IMG/VR virus record: IMGVR_UViG_2563366819_000003
Coordinates: 1-55,732 of that record
Length of the DNA stretch: 55,732 nucleotides
Reading direction: 5' to 3' (one strand)
Source: a virus
Lineage: Duplodnaviria > Heunggongvirae > Uroviricota > Caudoviricetes
The notes beneath the pieces were generated by a model. That model searched no databases. It was not told the origin of the DNA and worked only from the letters and a program-made list of their open reading frames with translations. A program made the position numbers and the translations under genes. Positions 20,781 to 32,394 of this stretch are shown one piece after another (positions within the stretch are counted from its first letter, which is position 1; each line of letters starts with the position of its first letter).

Positions 20781-20806
<26 letters not shown>
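20261..20806 (+). CDS. nu1: Terminase small subunit Nu1
   Basis: 181 aa, near-identical to lambda Nu1 (MEVNKKQLADIFGASIRTIQNWQEQGMPVLRGGGKGNEV...). Confidence 0.95.
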
Positions 20807-23787
<2,981 letters not shown>

Positions 23788-23864
23788 AACCCTTGCTGCG
23801 TCTGGAATGTCGTTTTCCATGCTTTTGATGACCGTTCATCACCCTTCCAGTTTTTCGCGGTTTT

Positions 23865-23917
23865 GTGTATTGCAATGTGTATTGCAAATTGGCGATCGGG
23901 ATGGGTGTGTATTGCAA
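23865..23917. repeat. Three direct copies of GTGTATTGCAA upstream of satellite integrase (candidate arm-type integrase/regulator binding sites)
   Basis: gtgtattgcaa at about 23865, 23877 and 23907; related copies gtgtattgca / gtgtattgc at 34530..34551 near the other end of the element. Confidence 0.5.
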
Positions 23918-23935
23918 ATCTCTTGAGGGCTTTTA

Positions 23936-25177
23936 ATGGCTATTGAAAACAAACTCAGTGACAAACTGTTAAAGAGTCTTGTCGGAAAACGGCAGGACAA
24001 ACAAAAAACAATAGCGGATGGGCGCGGGTTGTCTGTGCGTGTAAGCATGGTTGGGGGGATCAGCTTTGTTTTTTACTATCGTCTTGGTGGCAGGGAATCC
24101 CCTCCGGTATGGCTTACACTTGGTCGCTATCCTGACATGTCTCTTGCAACGGCCAGGCGCATGCGTGATCAGTGCCGTGAATGGCTGGCTGAAAATCTGG
24201 ACCCCCGCAGGCAAATAAAACTTGCTGCCGAAAAAACTATGCAACCAGTGACCGTAAGGGATGCGCTGTTTTACTGGTACGACAATCACGCCACAACAGC
24301 CAGAAAAGAGCATGAATATTTAATAAAACGATTTGAAAAGCATATCTTCCCCTATATCGGTGATATGGCTATAGAACAGTGCAAATTACACACATGGCTT
24401 ACCGTCTTTGACAGGATCAAAAAAAATGCGCCTGTTATGTCTGGTGCAATTTTTCTTGATATCAAACAGGCGTTGCGTTTTTGTCGCGTCAGGCAATACA
24501 TCGCGTGCGATCCCTTTGGAGATATTAACGTAAGTTATGTCGGGCGCTCATCCGGTATAAGGGATCGCGTTCTTAATATCAATGAAACCGCTGATGTATG
24601 GTCTTATGCTTACGGTAATAATTTGCTAACTCTGTCATCAATATATAACCGAAGAATAATGGTTATCTGCCTGGTGTTTGGTTGCCGACAGCAGGAGGCG
24701 AGGCTATCCACCTGGGACGAATGGGATTTAAAAAACTGGGTATGGACAGTCCCAAAAGAGCACAGCAAAAACAAGGAGGCTATAGTAAGGCCTGTTCCTG
24801 ACGGAATAAAACAATGGATCGTTAATCTTTACGCAGAAACAAAAAATCGCGGTTATGTTGTCGGTTGTGCTTTGCAAAGGGCGACAATAACAGGGGCTGC
24901 AAACAGAATATGCAGGCGTCTTGGTCATGATACTAATGGCTTGTGGTGCATACATGATTTCAGGCGCACATTTTCCACTACGCTTAATGATATGGGGGCG
25001 GATCCTTATATTGTTGAACTTCTTTTAGGTCATAAAGTGAAAGGGGTTGCTGGTGTTTACAATAAAAGCAGGCATATAAAGAAAAAACTTGAGGTGCTTA
25101 ATATGTGGGTTAATTACCTTAATACGATAGCAGGATTTAACAACAACGTTATCGAGCTTAATAAAGAGGTGGTGTGA
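23936..25177 (+). CDS. int: Tyrosine integrase, P4-type
   Basis: 413 aa; C-terminal catalytic region (HDFRRTFSTTLNDMG...LLGHKVKGVAGVYNKS); at one end of the inserted element adjacent to the repeat. Confidence 0.9.
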   Translation: MAIENKLSDKLLKSLVGKRQDKQKTIADGRGLSVRVSMVGGISFVFYYRLGGRESPPVWLTLGRYPDMSLATARRMRDQCREWLAENLDPRRQIKLAAEKTMQPVTVRDALFYWYDNHATTARKEHEYLIKRFEKHIFPYIGDMAIEQCKLHTWLTVFDRIKKNAPVMSGAIFLDIKQALRFCRVRQYIACDPFGDINVSYVGRSSGIRDRVLNINETADVWSYAYGNNLLTLSSIYNRRIMVICLVFGCRQQEARLSTWDEWDLKNWVWTVPKEHSKNKEAIVRPVPDGIKQWIVNLYAETKNRGYVVGCALQRATITGAANRICRRLGHDTNGLWCIHDFRRTFSTTLNDMGADPYIVELLLGHKVKGVAGVYNKSRHIKKKLEVLNMWVNYLNTIAGFNNNVIELNKEVV

Positions 25178-25178
25178 T

Positions 25179-25436
25179 ATGGCAATTTATTCTCTTGTTG
25201 ATGAAAACGATTTGCGCACAATGAAGGACATTGATCGGTTCATTCGTGAAAAAGAGTGCATAGCACTTACCACGCTGGCAAACTCAACACGCTGGAAAAT
25301 GGAGCTAGCAGGTAAATTCCCGCGACGTATCAAGATCGGTGAACGTGCTGCAGGGTATCGACTTTCAGAGGTTCAGGCATGGATCCGTGGTGAGTGGCAT
25401 CCTGGATGGAAACCTGGAAAAACAAAACAGCAATAA
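25179..25436 (+). CDS. alpA: AlpA-family HTH regulator / excisionase-like protein
   Basis: 85 aa; AlpA-like segment LTTLANSTRWKMELAGKFPRRIKIGERAAGYRLSEVQAWI; directly downstream of the integrase. Confidence 0.8.
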   Translation: MAIYSLVDENDLRTMKDIDRFIREKECIALTTLANSTRWKMELAGKFPRRIKIGERAAGYRLSEVQAWIRGEWHPGWKPGKTKQQ

Positions 25437-25492
25437 CCAGTAAATAATGCCCCTCATCACGAGGGGTTTTTTGTCTATAAGGTAAAAACGCG

Positions 25493-26071
25493 ATGAATAA
25501 AAATATTGCCGTGACGGGCAAGGGGTACGCTCGTCCAGTGAAAAAATTCTGCGATATTCGTGATCTCGTCGTTCTGCGCTTTGATAGTGTGAACGTTCGT
25601 GTGGTGTATCTGAACGGCGATCCGTGGTTTGTTGCAAAAGATGTTTGTGCTGCGCTGGAACTAACCAATTCGCGTACGGCGTTGCAGATGCTTGATGATG
25701 ATGAAAAGGGAGTAAATTTAACTTACACCCCAGGAGGAAATCAGAATATGAGAATTATCTCTGAGTCAGGTTTCTACAAACTAATAGCCCGCAGCCGCAA
25801 AGCAACGACGCCTGGCACATTTGCTCATCGTTTCAGTAACTGGGTATTCAGAAATGTGATACCAGGTATCAGAAAAACGGGGACTTATGGTATCCCGTGG
25901 GGTGCATTACAGGATTTTTCCCGCCGTAAAGAGCAATATCAAATAAGTGCCAGCGAGAAGGGGAGGGAGCTACAGGCATGTAAGCGCAAAAAGCGTGAGC
26001 TGGAGGAAGAAGAAAAAACGCTGATACGTGAATATCAGCCTGAGTTTTACTTTGGTAACCGCATTCAGTGA
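25493..26071 (+). CDS. Bro-N domain protein (antirepressor-like)
   Basis: 192 aa; Bro-N-like core (VRVVYLNGDPWFVAKDVCAALEL...ISESGFYKLIARSRK...FSNWVFRNVIPGIRKTGTY). Confidence 0.65.
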   Translation: MNKNIAVTGKGYARPVKKFCDIRDLVVLRFDSVNVRVVYLNGDPWFVAKDVCAALELTNSRTALQMLDDDEKGVNLTYTPGGNQNMRIISESGFYKLIARSRKATTPGTFAHRFSNWVFRNVIPGIRKTGTYGIPWGALQDFSRRKEQYQISASEKGRELQACKRKKRELEEEEKTLIREYQPEFYFGNRIQ

Positions 26072-26404
26072 CAAAACAAAGGCGACCGCAAAAGGGTCGC
26101 CAGTGGGAACAAGGGAAAACAAAAGCATCACCAACAATGCCACATTTGCGGCTGGTGGGCAATGTGATCAGTCAGATTTGGTTCGTTCCAAGGTTTGCAA
26201 CGAGAGCTTTTTCCTGTGCTCTTTAAGGAATTTCTCAAGAGCAAACGAACAAGGTGCGAATCTTTCTGATTCATGTTCATGCGCTATATTTTTGCGTCGT
26301 CTCTTACGAGTTGGTGATGGTGTTTTGGTTGATTCTGTGTCGCTCATGGTGCTGTCCTGTAAAGCAATGCGCCTGCGTTCCTCAAACTATGGCGCTGATA
26401 TTGG

Positions 26405-26710
26405 CTATTCATGCTCTTTGACCTTGCGTCGCTGGAGTTCTTCACGCGCGACGGTGACGAGTTGCCCGATCTCCTCGGCTGCTTTGATGCCGATTTGTTC
26501 GACCTTAGCCAGGGCATCCAGTGACGACACAAGGGGATTTTCTCCGCTGCCTTCTGCTTGGCGGCGGGCTATTTCTCCGCGCATGGCGGTTACGATAAAT
26601 CCGGCATTGCTTTCACCGTCCAGCTTAACGGATTCCATCCCTTGCATAACATCTAGTGGGACTCTGACAGTTGTCAGTTGTGATTTTGCGTTTTTGTTAG
26701 CCGTTGCCAT
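26405..26710 (-). CDS. Hypothetical protein, divergently transcribed from the satellite replication operon (candidate regulator)
   Basis: 101-aa ORF on minus strand facing a promoter-operator-like region; no clear HTH recognised. Confidence 0.4.
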   Translation of the reverse strand: MATANKNAKSQLTTVRVPLDVMQGMESVKLDGESNAGFIVTAMRGEIARRQAEGSGENPLVSSLDALAKVEQIGIKAAEEIGQLVTVAREELQRRKVKEHE

Positions 26711-26770
26711 TTCTGAAACTCCTAATCATCGGTGTGTTTCAGTATACACAAAAAAAGAAATACAAAAAGC

Positions 26771-26809
26771 CTTGACGTGTGTTTCATGCGCTCATAACAT
26801 GAAACACAC
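26771..26809. promoter_or_regulatory. Promoter/operator candidate: TTGACG -35-like hexamer followed by a 12-bp perfect inverted repeat
   Basis: cttgacg tgtgtttcatg cgctcataa catgaaacacac; inverted repeat 26777..26788 / 26798..26809, between divergent genes. Confidence 0.4.
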
Positions 26810-26900
26810 CGAAAGGATTGTTGAAATACAAAGAGCAACGCCCCGCAGTGCTGGGAACACATACGGGGCGTCTAACCAACAACGTAAACTAGGAGCCGTT

Positions 26901-27098
26901 ATGGTTGCTGTAAATCATATACCACACCTTGTACACACACAAACGGCCTTTGTGTGGCGTTTTCTGGCACTGAGTGCCGGAGAATCTCAAATCATCCACG
27001 TAACCGCCTGGACGGAACGCGAAGCGCGTAGCCGTTGCCCGTCCGGTTGTGTTGCTGTATTCGCTGCAAAAATCCGCCAGGGAGTGAGTCATGCTTAA
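26901..27098 (+). CDS. Hypothetical small protein (65 aa), first gene of rightward satellite operon
   Basis: ATG at 26901 preceded by RBS AGGAG (26891..26895); lies at 3' end of a longer, compositionally odd ORF in the track. Confidence 0.35.
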   Translation: MVAVNHIPHLVHTQTAFVWRFLALSAGESQIIHVTAWTEREARSRCPSGCVAVFAAKIRQGVSHA

Positions 27099-27276
27099 AA
27101 CCTTCCGTGTATTTGCCCGAGCTGTTAACCCAATAGGCCACACAATTGGTATCGCTCAGAATGTGAAGGCTGTTAATGTTCAGACGGCTATTGCTGCGGT
27201 GAGAAGCGAATCATCAGAATATGGCTTATCACAAGTCATTATTTCAGCAGTGTATGAATTAAAAGAGGTGCATTAA
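27091..27276 (+). CDS. Hypothetical small protein
   Basis: 61-aa ORF with RBS GGAG upstream, overlapping neighbours by a few nt (translationally coupled operon). Confidence 0.35.
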   Translation: MLKTFRVFARAVNPIGHTIGIAQNVKAVNVQTAIAAVRSESSEYGLSQVIISAVYELKEVH

Positions 27277-27467
27277 TGCAGGAAATTACATTACACGAAG
27301 CCGCTGAACGTGCGCACCAGACAGAAATTATTTGCCGCCTTCTTGAGGTATACCCGAACAAAATTACAGATGCTGATATATCCGCACTGGCGAGCCTACT
27401 GGCGCGTCTTTCGGGAAGTGTCGCTAGTTTTTTGATTGAGGAAGAAAGTAAGCTGGTGGAGGATTAA
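27276..27467 (+). CDS. Hypothetical small protein
   Basis: 63-aa ORF in tightly packed operon. Confidence 0.35.
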   Translation: MQEITLHEAAERAHQTEIICRLLEVYPNKITDADISALASLLARLSGSVASFLIEEESKLVED

Positions 27468-27689
27468 ATGAATACAGAACGGGAAGTCTTTTTTAAATTG
27501 TTAGCATGTGCAGAAAGTTCATTAACTTTAAATAATTCAGCAAAAGCAATATTAAATATGTGGCTTGATTGCATAAATGACAATGAAGATGCAAATATTG
27601 CTTATGGTCTGTTGTCACTTATTGATGAATCAGCAGAAAAACTCAATGACGCAATAAATAGTGCCCTGCTATCAAATAAGTCGAGTTAA
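27468..27689 (+). CDS. Hypothetical small protein
   Basis: 73-aa ORF in tightly packed operon. Confidence 0.35.
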   Translation: MNTEREVFFKLLACAESSLTLNNSAKAILNMWLDCINDNEDANIAYGLLSLIDESAEKLNDAINSALLSNKSS

Positions 27690-27706
27690 GTCGAGGAATA
27701 AATAAT

Positions 27707-28006
27707 ATGGAAATGAAAAATTCTGGCTTTATTGCCAGCGGCCCAGCTCGACCTGAATTTATGAACGGCGATATTTACCGCGATAAATACGGCGGCACGG
27801 TAACGATTAAAGGCGTGGCAGAACGGCGCATCACTTACCGCCGTGAGGGGTATAGCTATGACTGCGTGATGCCTGTTTATCAGTTCCGGCGTGATTTTTC
27901 CCTGGTATATGCCGCACCCCGCAGTAAGCCCATCAGCAGGGAAAAAGCGTGGGGAAATATCCAGAAAATGAAAACCATGATTAACGGATTCAGAGGTAAA
28001 AAATGA
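27707..28006 (+). CDS. Hypothetical protein
   Basis: 99-aa ORF, stop overlaps primase start (ATGA). Confidence 0.4.
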   Translation: MEMKNSGFIASGPARPEFMNGDIYRDKYGGTVTIKGVAERRITYRREGYSYDCVMPVYQFRRDFSLVYAAPRSKPISREKAWGNIQKMKTMINGFRGKK

Positions 28007-29757
28007 AACTGGCACCGAACGTAAAACAGCAGTCACGCGGCATAAAACACAAAGGAACAGAAGTCATTATTTTTGCGGGTAGTGATGCCTGGGCACACGC
28101 GAAACAATGGCAGGAACATGATGCGCGTATGGCCGGAGATAATGAGCCTCCTGTGTGGCTTGGGGAGCAGCAGCTATCCGAACTGGATAATCTGCAAATT
28201 GTGCCGGAAGGCCGAAAATCAGCACGCATATACAGGGCCGGATATCTTGCGCCTGTAATGATAAAGGCGATTGGTCAGAAGCTGGCGGCAGCAGGCGTAC
28301 AGGATGCAAATTTTTATCCTGAGGGTATGCACGGCCAGGAGGTGCAGAACTGGCGCGAATATCTGGCCCGTGAACGCCAGAATCTTTCTGATGGTCTGGT
28401 CATTGAGCTTCCGGTAAAGCAAAAGGCGCAACTTTCGCAGATGGCGGACAGTGAGCGCGCGCAGTTGCTTGCCGATCGCTTTGATGGCGTTTGCGTACAT
28501 CCTGAAAGTGAAATCGTTCACGTATGGCGCGGCGGGGTATGGTGTCCGGTCAGCACAATGGAACTTAGCCGCGAAATGGTGGCGATCTATTCAGAGCACA
28601 GGGCCACTTTCAGCAAGCGCGTAATCAATAACGCCGTGGAAGCGTTAAAAGTTATTGCCGAACCAATGGGCGAGCCGTCTGGCGATTTGCTGCCGTTCGC
28701 CAATGGTGCGCTTGACCTGAAAACGGGGGAATTTTCCCCGCACACGCCGGAGAACTGGATCACCACGCACAACGGCATTGAGTACACGCCACCAGCACCA
28801 GGGGAGAACATCCGCGATAACGCGCCAAACTTTCATAAATGGCTTGAGCACGCAGCCGGAAAAGACCCGCGCAAGATGATGCGTATATGTGCCGCGCTGT
28901 ACATGATTATGGCGAACCGGTACGACTGGCAGATGTTTATTGAGGCCACCGGAGATGGCGGGAGCGGTAAAAGTACATTCACACACATAGCCAGCCTTCT
29001 GGCAGGGAAACAGAACACGGTAAGCGCTGAAATGACATCGCTTGATGATGCTGGTGGACGTGCGCAGGTTGTCGGGAGTCGTCTTATCGTCCTGGCTGAC
29101 CAGCCGAAATATACAGGCGAAGGAACGGGCATCAAGAAAATCACAGGCGGCGACCCCGTGGAAATTAACCCGAAATATGAAAAGCGTTTCACGGCGGTAA
29201 TCAGGGCGGTGGTGCTGGCGACCAACAACAACCCGATGATATTCACCGAACGGGCCGGAGGTGTGGCACGTCGTCGCGTGATTTTCCGTTTCGACAATAT
29301 CGTCAGTGAGGCCGAAAAAGACAGGGAGCTACCGGAAAAGATTGCGGCTGAAATCCCCGTTATTATCCGCCGATTGCTGGCGAACTTTACCGACCCTGAG
29401 AAGGCACGGGCTTTACTACTGGAACAGCGTGACGGTGATGAAGCACTGGCAATAAAGCAACAGACGGATCCGGTTATTGAGTTTTGCCAGTTCCTGAATT
29501 TTCTGGAGGAAGCGCGCGGCCTGATGATGGGTGGCGGTGGTGATTCAGTGAAGTACACGACCAGGAACAGCCTTTACCGCGTCTATCTGGCGTTTATGGC
29601 ATACGCGGGCAGGAGCAAACCGCTAAACGTGGCTGAGTTCAGCAAGGCCATGAAGCCAGCGGCGAAAGTTTACGGGCATGAATATATTACGCGAAAAGTT
29701 AAGGGAGTAACGCAGACCAACGCAATTACAACAGACGATTGCGACGCGTTTTTATAA
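28003..29757 (+). CDS. Primase-helicase (P4 alpha-like; primase domain plus P-loop NTPase)
   Basis: 584 aa; Walker A GDGGSGKST; overall architecture of phage/plasmid primase P4-family proteins; followed by iteron-like repeats. Confidence 0.85.
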   Translation: MKLAPNVKQQSRGIKHKGTEVIIFAGSDAWAHAKQWQEHDARMAGDNEPPVWLGEQQLSELDNLQIVPEGRKSARIYRAGYLAPVMIKAIGQKLAAAGVQDANFYPEGMHGQEVQNWREYLARERQNLSDGLVIELPVKQKAQLSQMADSERAQLLADRFDGVCVHPESEIVHVWRGGVWCPVSTMELSREMVAIYSEHRATFSKRVINNAVEALKVIAEPMGEPSGDLLPFANGALDLKTGEFSPHTPENWITTHNGIEYTPPAPGENIRDNAPNFHKWLEHAAGKDPRKMMRICAALYMIMANRYDWQMFIEATGDGGSGKSTFTHIASLLAGKQNTVSAEMTSLDDAGGRAQVVGSRLIVLADQPKYTGEGTGIKKITGGDPVEINPKYEKRFTAVIRAVVLATNNNPMIFTERAGGVARRRVIFRFDNIVSEAEKDRELPEKIAAEIPVIIRRLLANFTDPEKARALLLEQRDGDEALAIKQQTDPVIEFCQFLNFLEEARGLMMGGGGDSVKYTTRNSLYRVYLAFMAYAGRSKPLNVAEFSKAMKPAAKVYGHEYITRKVKGVTQTNAITTDDCDAFL

Positions 29758-29759
29758 TT

Positions 29760-30010
29760 TTTTGTAAAAGCCATCTACCCCATCTACCTGAACAAAATAA
29801 ACGCATATTATTCAACATGATAAGTGGGTATAGGGCTAGGTAGAAGGCTAATAAAAGCTCTCTACCTCTTCTACCTGATTTTATCAGTTTCAGGTAGCAG
29901 GGTAGACGGCAGGTAGAGGAGTCAAAAAGCTATCTACCCGCTGAAAGCCGCGCCATTACTGACATGATGAGCATTCGGGTAGATGGGTAGAGGGGGGGAG
30001 GCACAACTAA
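29760..30010. repeat. Iteron-like repeats (GGTAGA / TCTACC family) downstream of primase: candidate satellite replication origin
   Basis: Multiple direct and inverted copies: catctaccccatctacctg, ctaggtagaaggc, ctctacctcttctacctg, caggtagcagggtagacggcaggtagagga, gctatctacccgc, gggtagatgggtagag. Confidence 0.5.
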
Positions 30011-30103
30011 AAACTTTTTAAACGAGGGGGGTGAAAATAAATGCGCATACATAAAAATCACTTAACAAACATGCCAGCCGAAGACATGAATCAGGGGTGA
30101 CAA

Positions 30104-30355
30104 ATGACCAAAATTCGCAGAGACAGAACACAGGCAAAATATAAAGCGTTAGACATGACAGAGCTTTCCTTAAAGGTGGCAATCAAAGCGATAGACCACC
30201 ACACACGGGCAGGATACGCGAAGGAACATCCCGATCTGATAAGCGCATTCATGACCACAGCAGCGGCAAACTTTGCCACGCTGACAGAACGGGAGATTGC
30301 CGAAGCGGAACAGGTGACAACCATCAATGTTAAAACCGGAGAGCAGACAGCATGA
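30104..30355 (+). CDS. Hypothetical protein
   Basis: 83-aa ORF upstream of and overlapping the SSB gene start. Confidence 0.35.
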   Translation: MTKIRRDRTQAKYKALDMTELSLKVAIKAIDHHTRAGYAKEHPDLISAFMTTAAANFATLTEREIAEAEQVTTINVKTGEQTA

Positions 30356-30774
30356 CAGCACAGATAGCGGCTTACGGGCGGCTGGTGGCTGACCCGCAGT
30401 TAAAGACCACCAGCAAAGGGACACAAATGGCGATGGCGAGTATGGCGGTTCCCCTGCCGTGCAGCCAGGCAGATGACGGAACGGCGACGATGTGGTTATC
30501 CGTCCTGGCGTTTGGCAGACAGGCCGACGCACTGGCAAAACACCACAAAGGCGAACTGGTGAGCGTGGCGGGTAACATGCAGGTAAGCCAGTGGACAGGC
30601 CAGAACGGCGAAACGCGGCGGGGCTGGCAGGTTATCGCAGACAGCGTAATCAGTGCGCGAACGGCGCGACCGGGCGGCAAAAAAGGCCAGCAGGGGCAGG
30701 CCACTGACGCACTGAACAGGGCAAAACAACAGTCGGGGAATGATGATCCGTACGGCGATAATATACCGTTTTAA
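30352..30774 (+). CDS. ssb: Single-stranded DNA-binding protein (SSB-like)
   Basis: 140 aa; OB-fold-like body, Gly/Gln-rich linker and acidic C-terminal tip ...NDDPYGDNIPF resembling the SSB DDDIPF tail. Confidence 0.7.
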   Translation: MTAQIAAYGRLVADPQLKTTSKGTQMAMASMAVPLPCSQADDGTATMWLSVLAFGRQADALAKHHKGELVSVAGNMQVSQWTGQNGETRRGWQVIADSVISARTARPGGKKGQQGQATDALNRAKQQSGNDDPYGDNIPF

Positions 30775-30985
30775 ATTCTGCAAACAAAAAGATGCCGGAA
30801 AAAAATATATTTTCCGGCATGCTACATAAATCCCGACCAAAGGAAGTAAATACATTAACACGAATTATCAGCACTGAAGTTGTTACGGCATATTTTATAC
30901 AACATTGCACTTGGTTGCATGTATTCGCATAGCAGACATCGGTAATAGAATATATTCACAATTATTTGTAATGAATGTAAAGAGG

Positions 30986-32032
30986 ATGAGTATGGTTGAT
31001 TTATATTCGCCTACACAGCTTGTGCAGGTGGCTAATGCTGAAGATGTGCAAAAAAAATTAAATGCGTTGTTTACCAGTTTGTTTTTCACTCGCTCGGTAA
31101 TGTTTGAATCGAGAGACATTATTCTTGATACGATCGACGATCCAAATATCCCGATCGCGGCGTTTTGCTCTCCTATGGTGGGCAGTAAAGTTTCACGAGA
31201 TGAGGGATACGAATCAAAAACAATTCGTCCAGGTTATATGAAGCCGAAAAGCAGCATTGATCCAAATAAGTTAGCTGTGCGCCCTGCTGGTGTGTCACCT
31301 GAGCAATACAATGCTTTTGGGGCGCGTAATATTAAAGTTAAACAGGCGATTGTAAATCAGGCTAAAGCTATTCGTGCACGTATTGAATGGCTTGCTGTTC
31401 AGGCAATCACAACGGGGAAAAATATCATTGAGGGCGATGGTATTGAACGTTATGAGCTGGACTGGAATATAAAACCACAAAATATCATCACTCAGTCTGG
31501 CGGTACTGAGTGGTCAGGTAAGGATAAAGAAACTTTTGATCCAAATGATGATATTGAGAGCTACGCAGAATTTAGTGAGGGCGTCACTAATATCATCATT
31601 ATGGGTGGTAATGTATGGAAGAAATACCGTTCATTCAGAGCGATAAAAGAGGCTTTGGATACCCGTCGTGGTTCTAATTCCGAACTGGAAACGGCCCTTA
31701 AAGACCTTGGTGATTCGGTGAGTTTTAAAGGGTATATGGGCGATGTTGCGATTGTTGTTTACAGCGGGCGTTATACCGACGAGGACGGAACAGAAAAACA
31801 TTTCCTTGATCCTGATTTGATGGTGCTTGGCAATACGGCTCTTCAGGGGATTGTCGCCTATGGCGGTATTCAGGATCCGGAGCTAATCCGAATGGGGCTG
31901 ACTAAAGCCGAACTTGCACCGAAAAACTATATTGTGCCTGGTGATCCGGCTATTGAATATGTGCAGACACATTCAGCACCACAGCCAATACCGGCCCGCA
32001 TCAATCGTTTTGTTACCGTTCGCATTGGCTAA
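30986..32032 (+). CDS. Major capsid protein, divergent homologue of lambda E
   Basis: Starts MSMVDLY (lambda E MSMYTTA); shares blocks ITQSGGTEWS, DTRRGSNSELETA.KDLG, GDVAIVVYSG with the helper E at 37102..38127 (roughly half identical by eye). Start could also be 30992. Confidence 0.85.
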   Translation: MSMVDLYSPTQLVQVANAEDVQKKLNALFTSLFFTRSVMFESRDIILDTIDDPNIPIAAFCSPMVGSKVSRDEGYESKTIRPGYMKPKSSIDPNKLAVRPAGVSPEQYNAFGARNIKVKQAIVNQAKAIRARIEWLAVQAITTGKNIIEGDGIERYELDWNIKPQNIITQSGGTEWSGKDKETFDPNDDIESYAEFSEGVTNIIIMGGNVWKKYRSFRAIKEALDTRRGSNSELETALKDLGDSVSFKGYMGDVAIVVYSGRYTDEDGTEKHFLDPDLMVLGNTALQGIVAYGGIQDPELIRMGLTKAELAPKNYIVPGDPAIEYVQTHSAPQPIPARINRFVTVRIG

Positions 32033-32041
32033 GGGGGAGCA

Positions 32042-32383
32042 ATGGCTACTCATTACACTGAACTCATGGCTGGCACTGAAGCACTGGTGACTACGCTGGG
32101 GATATTTTCAGCTAATAAAGGGGTAATTCCTGCATTTACGCCACTGATGCAGGAAGATGCAACAGGTGCACTGGTGATATGGGATGGTTCGAGCGTAGGT
32201 AAAGCGGTTTATGTTTCCGCTGTACAAATCGACACAGCGAAAAAAACACAGGCACAGGTTTATAAGACAGGTGTTTTAAATGTTGATGCTCTGAACTGGC
32301 CTGAGTCTGTAAAAGAACTGTCGGCAAAGGTTGCCGCGTTTGTTGGCTCAGGTATTTCTGTTCAGCCGCTGGCTCGTGTGTAA
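32042..32383 (+). CDS. Head decoration protein, lambda D-like
   Basis: 113 aa, directly downstream of the E-like gene (same order as D-E reversed in lambda); similar size and pattern to gpD (FTPLM..., ...AV...GTAISV-like C-terminus). Confidence 0.65.
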   Translation: MATHYTELMAGTEALVTTLGIFSANKGVIPAFTPLMQEDATGALVIWDGSSVGKAVYVSAVQIDTAKKTQAQVYKTGVLNVDALNWPESVKELSAKVAAFVGSGISVQPLARV

Positions 32384-32394
32384 AGGGGGATACA

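Noticed and set aside
26028-27098. 356-aa plus-strand ORF spanning the satellite control region
   Set aside because: Ser/Cys/Ala-rich low-complexity translation, overlaps the minus-strand ORF 26405..26710 and runs across the promoter/operator; only its last 65 codons (26901..27098) have an RBS and look real.
28833-29558. 241-aa minus-strand ORF inside the satellite primase gene
   Set aside because: Antisense to a primase ORF with clear Walker A motif; Ser/Ala/Arg-rich composition.
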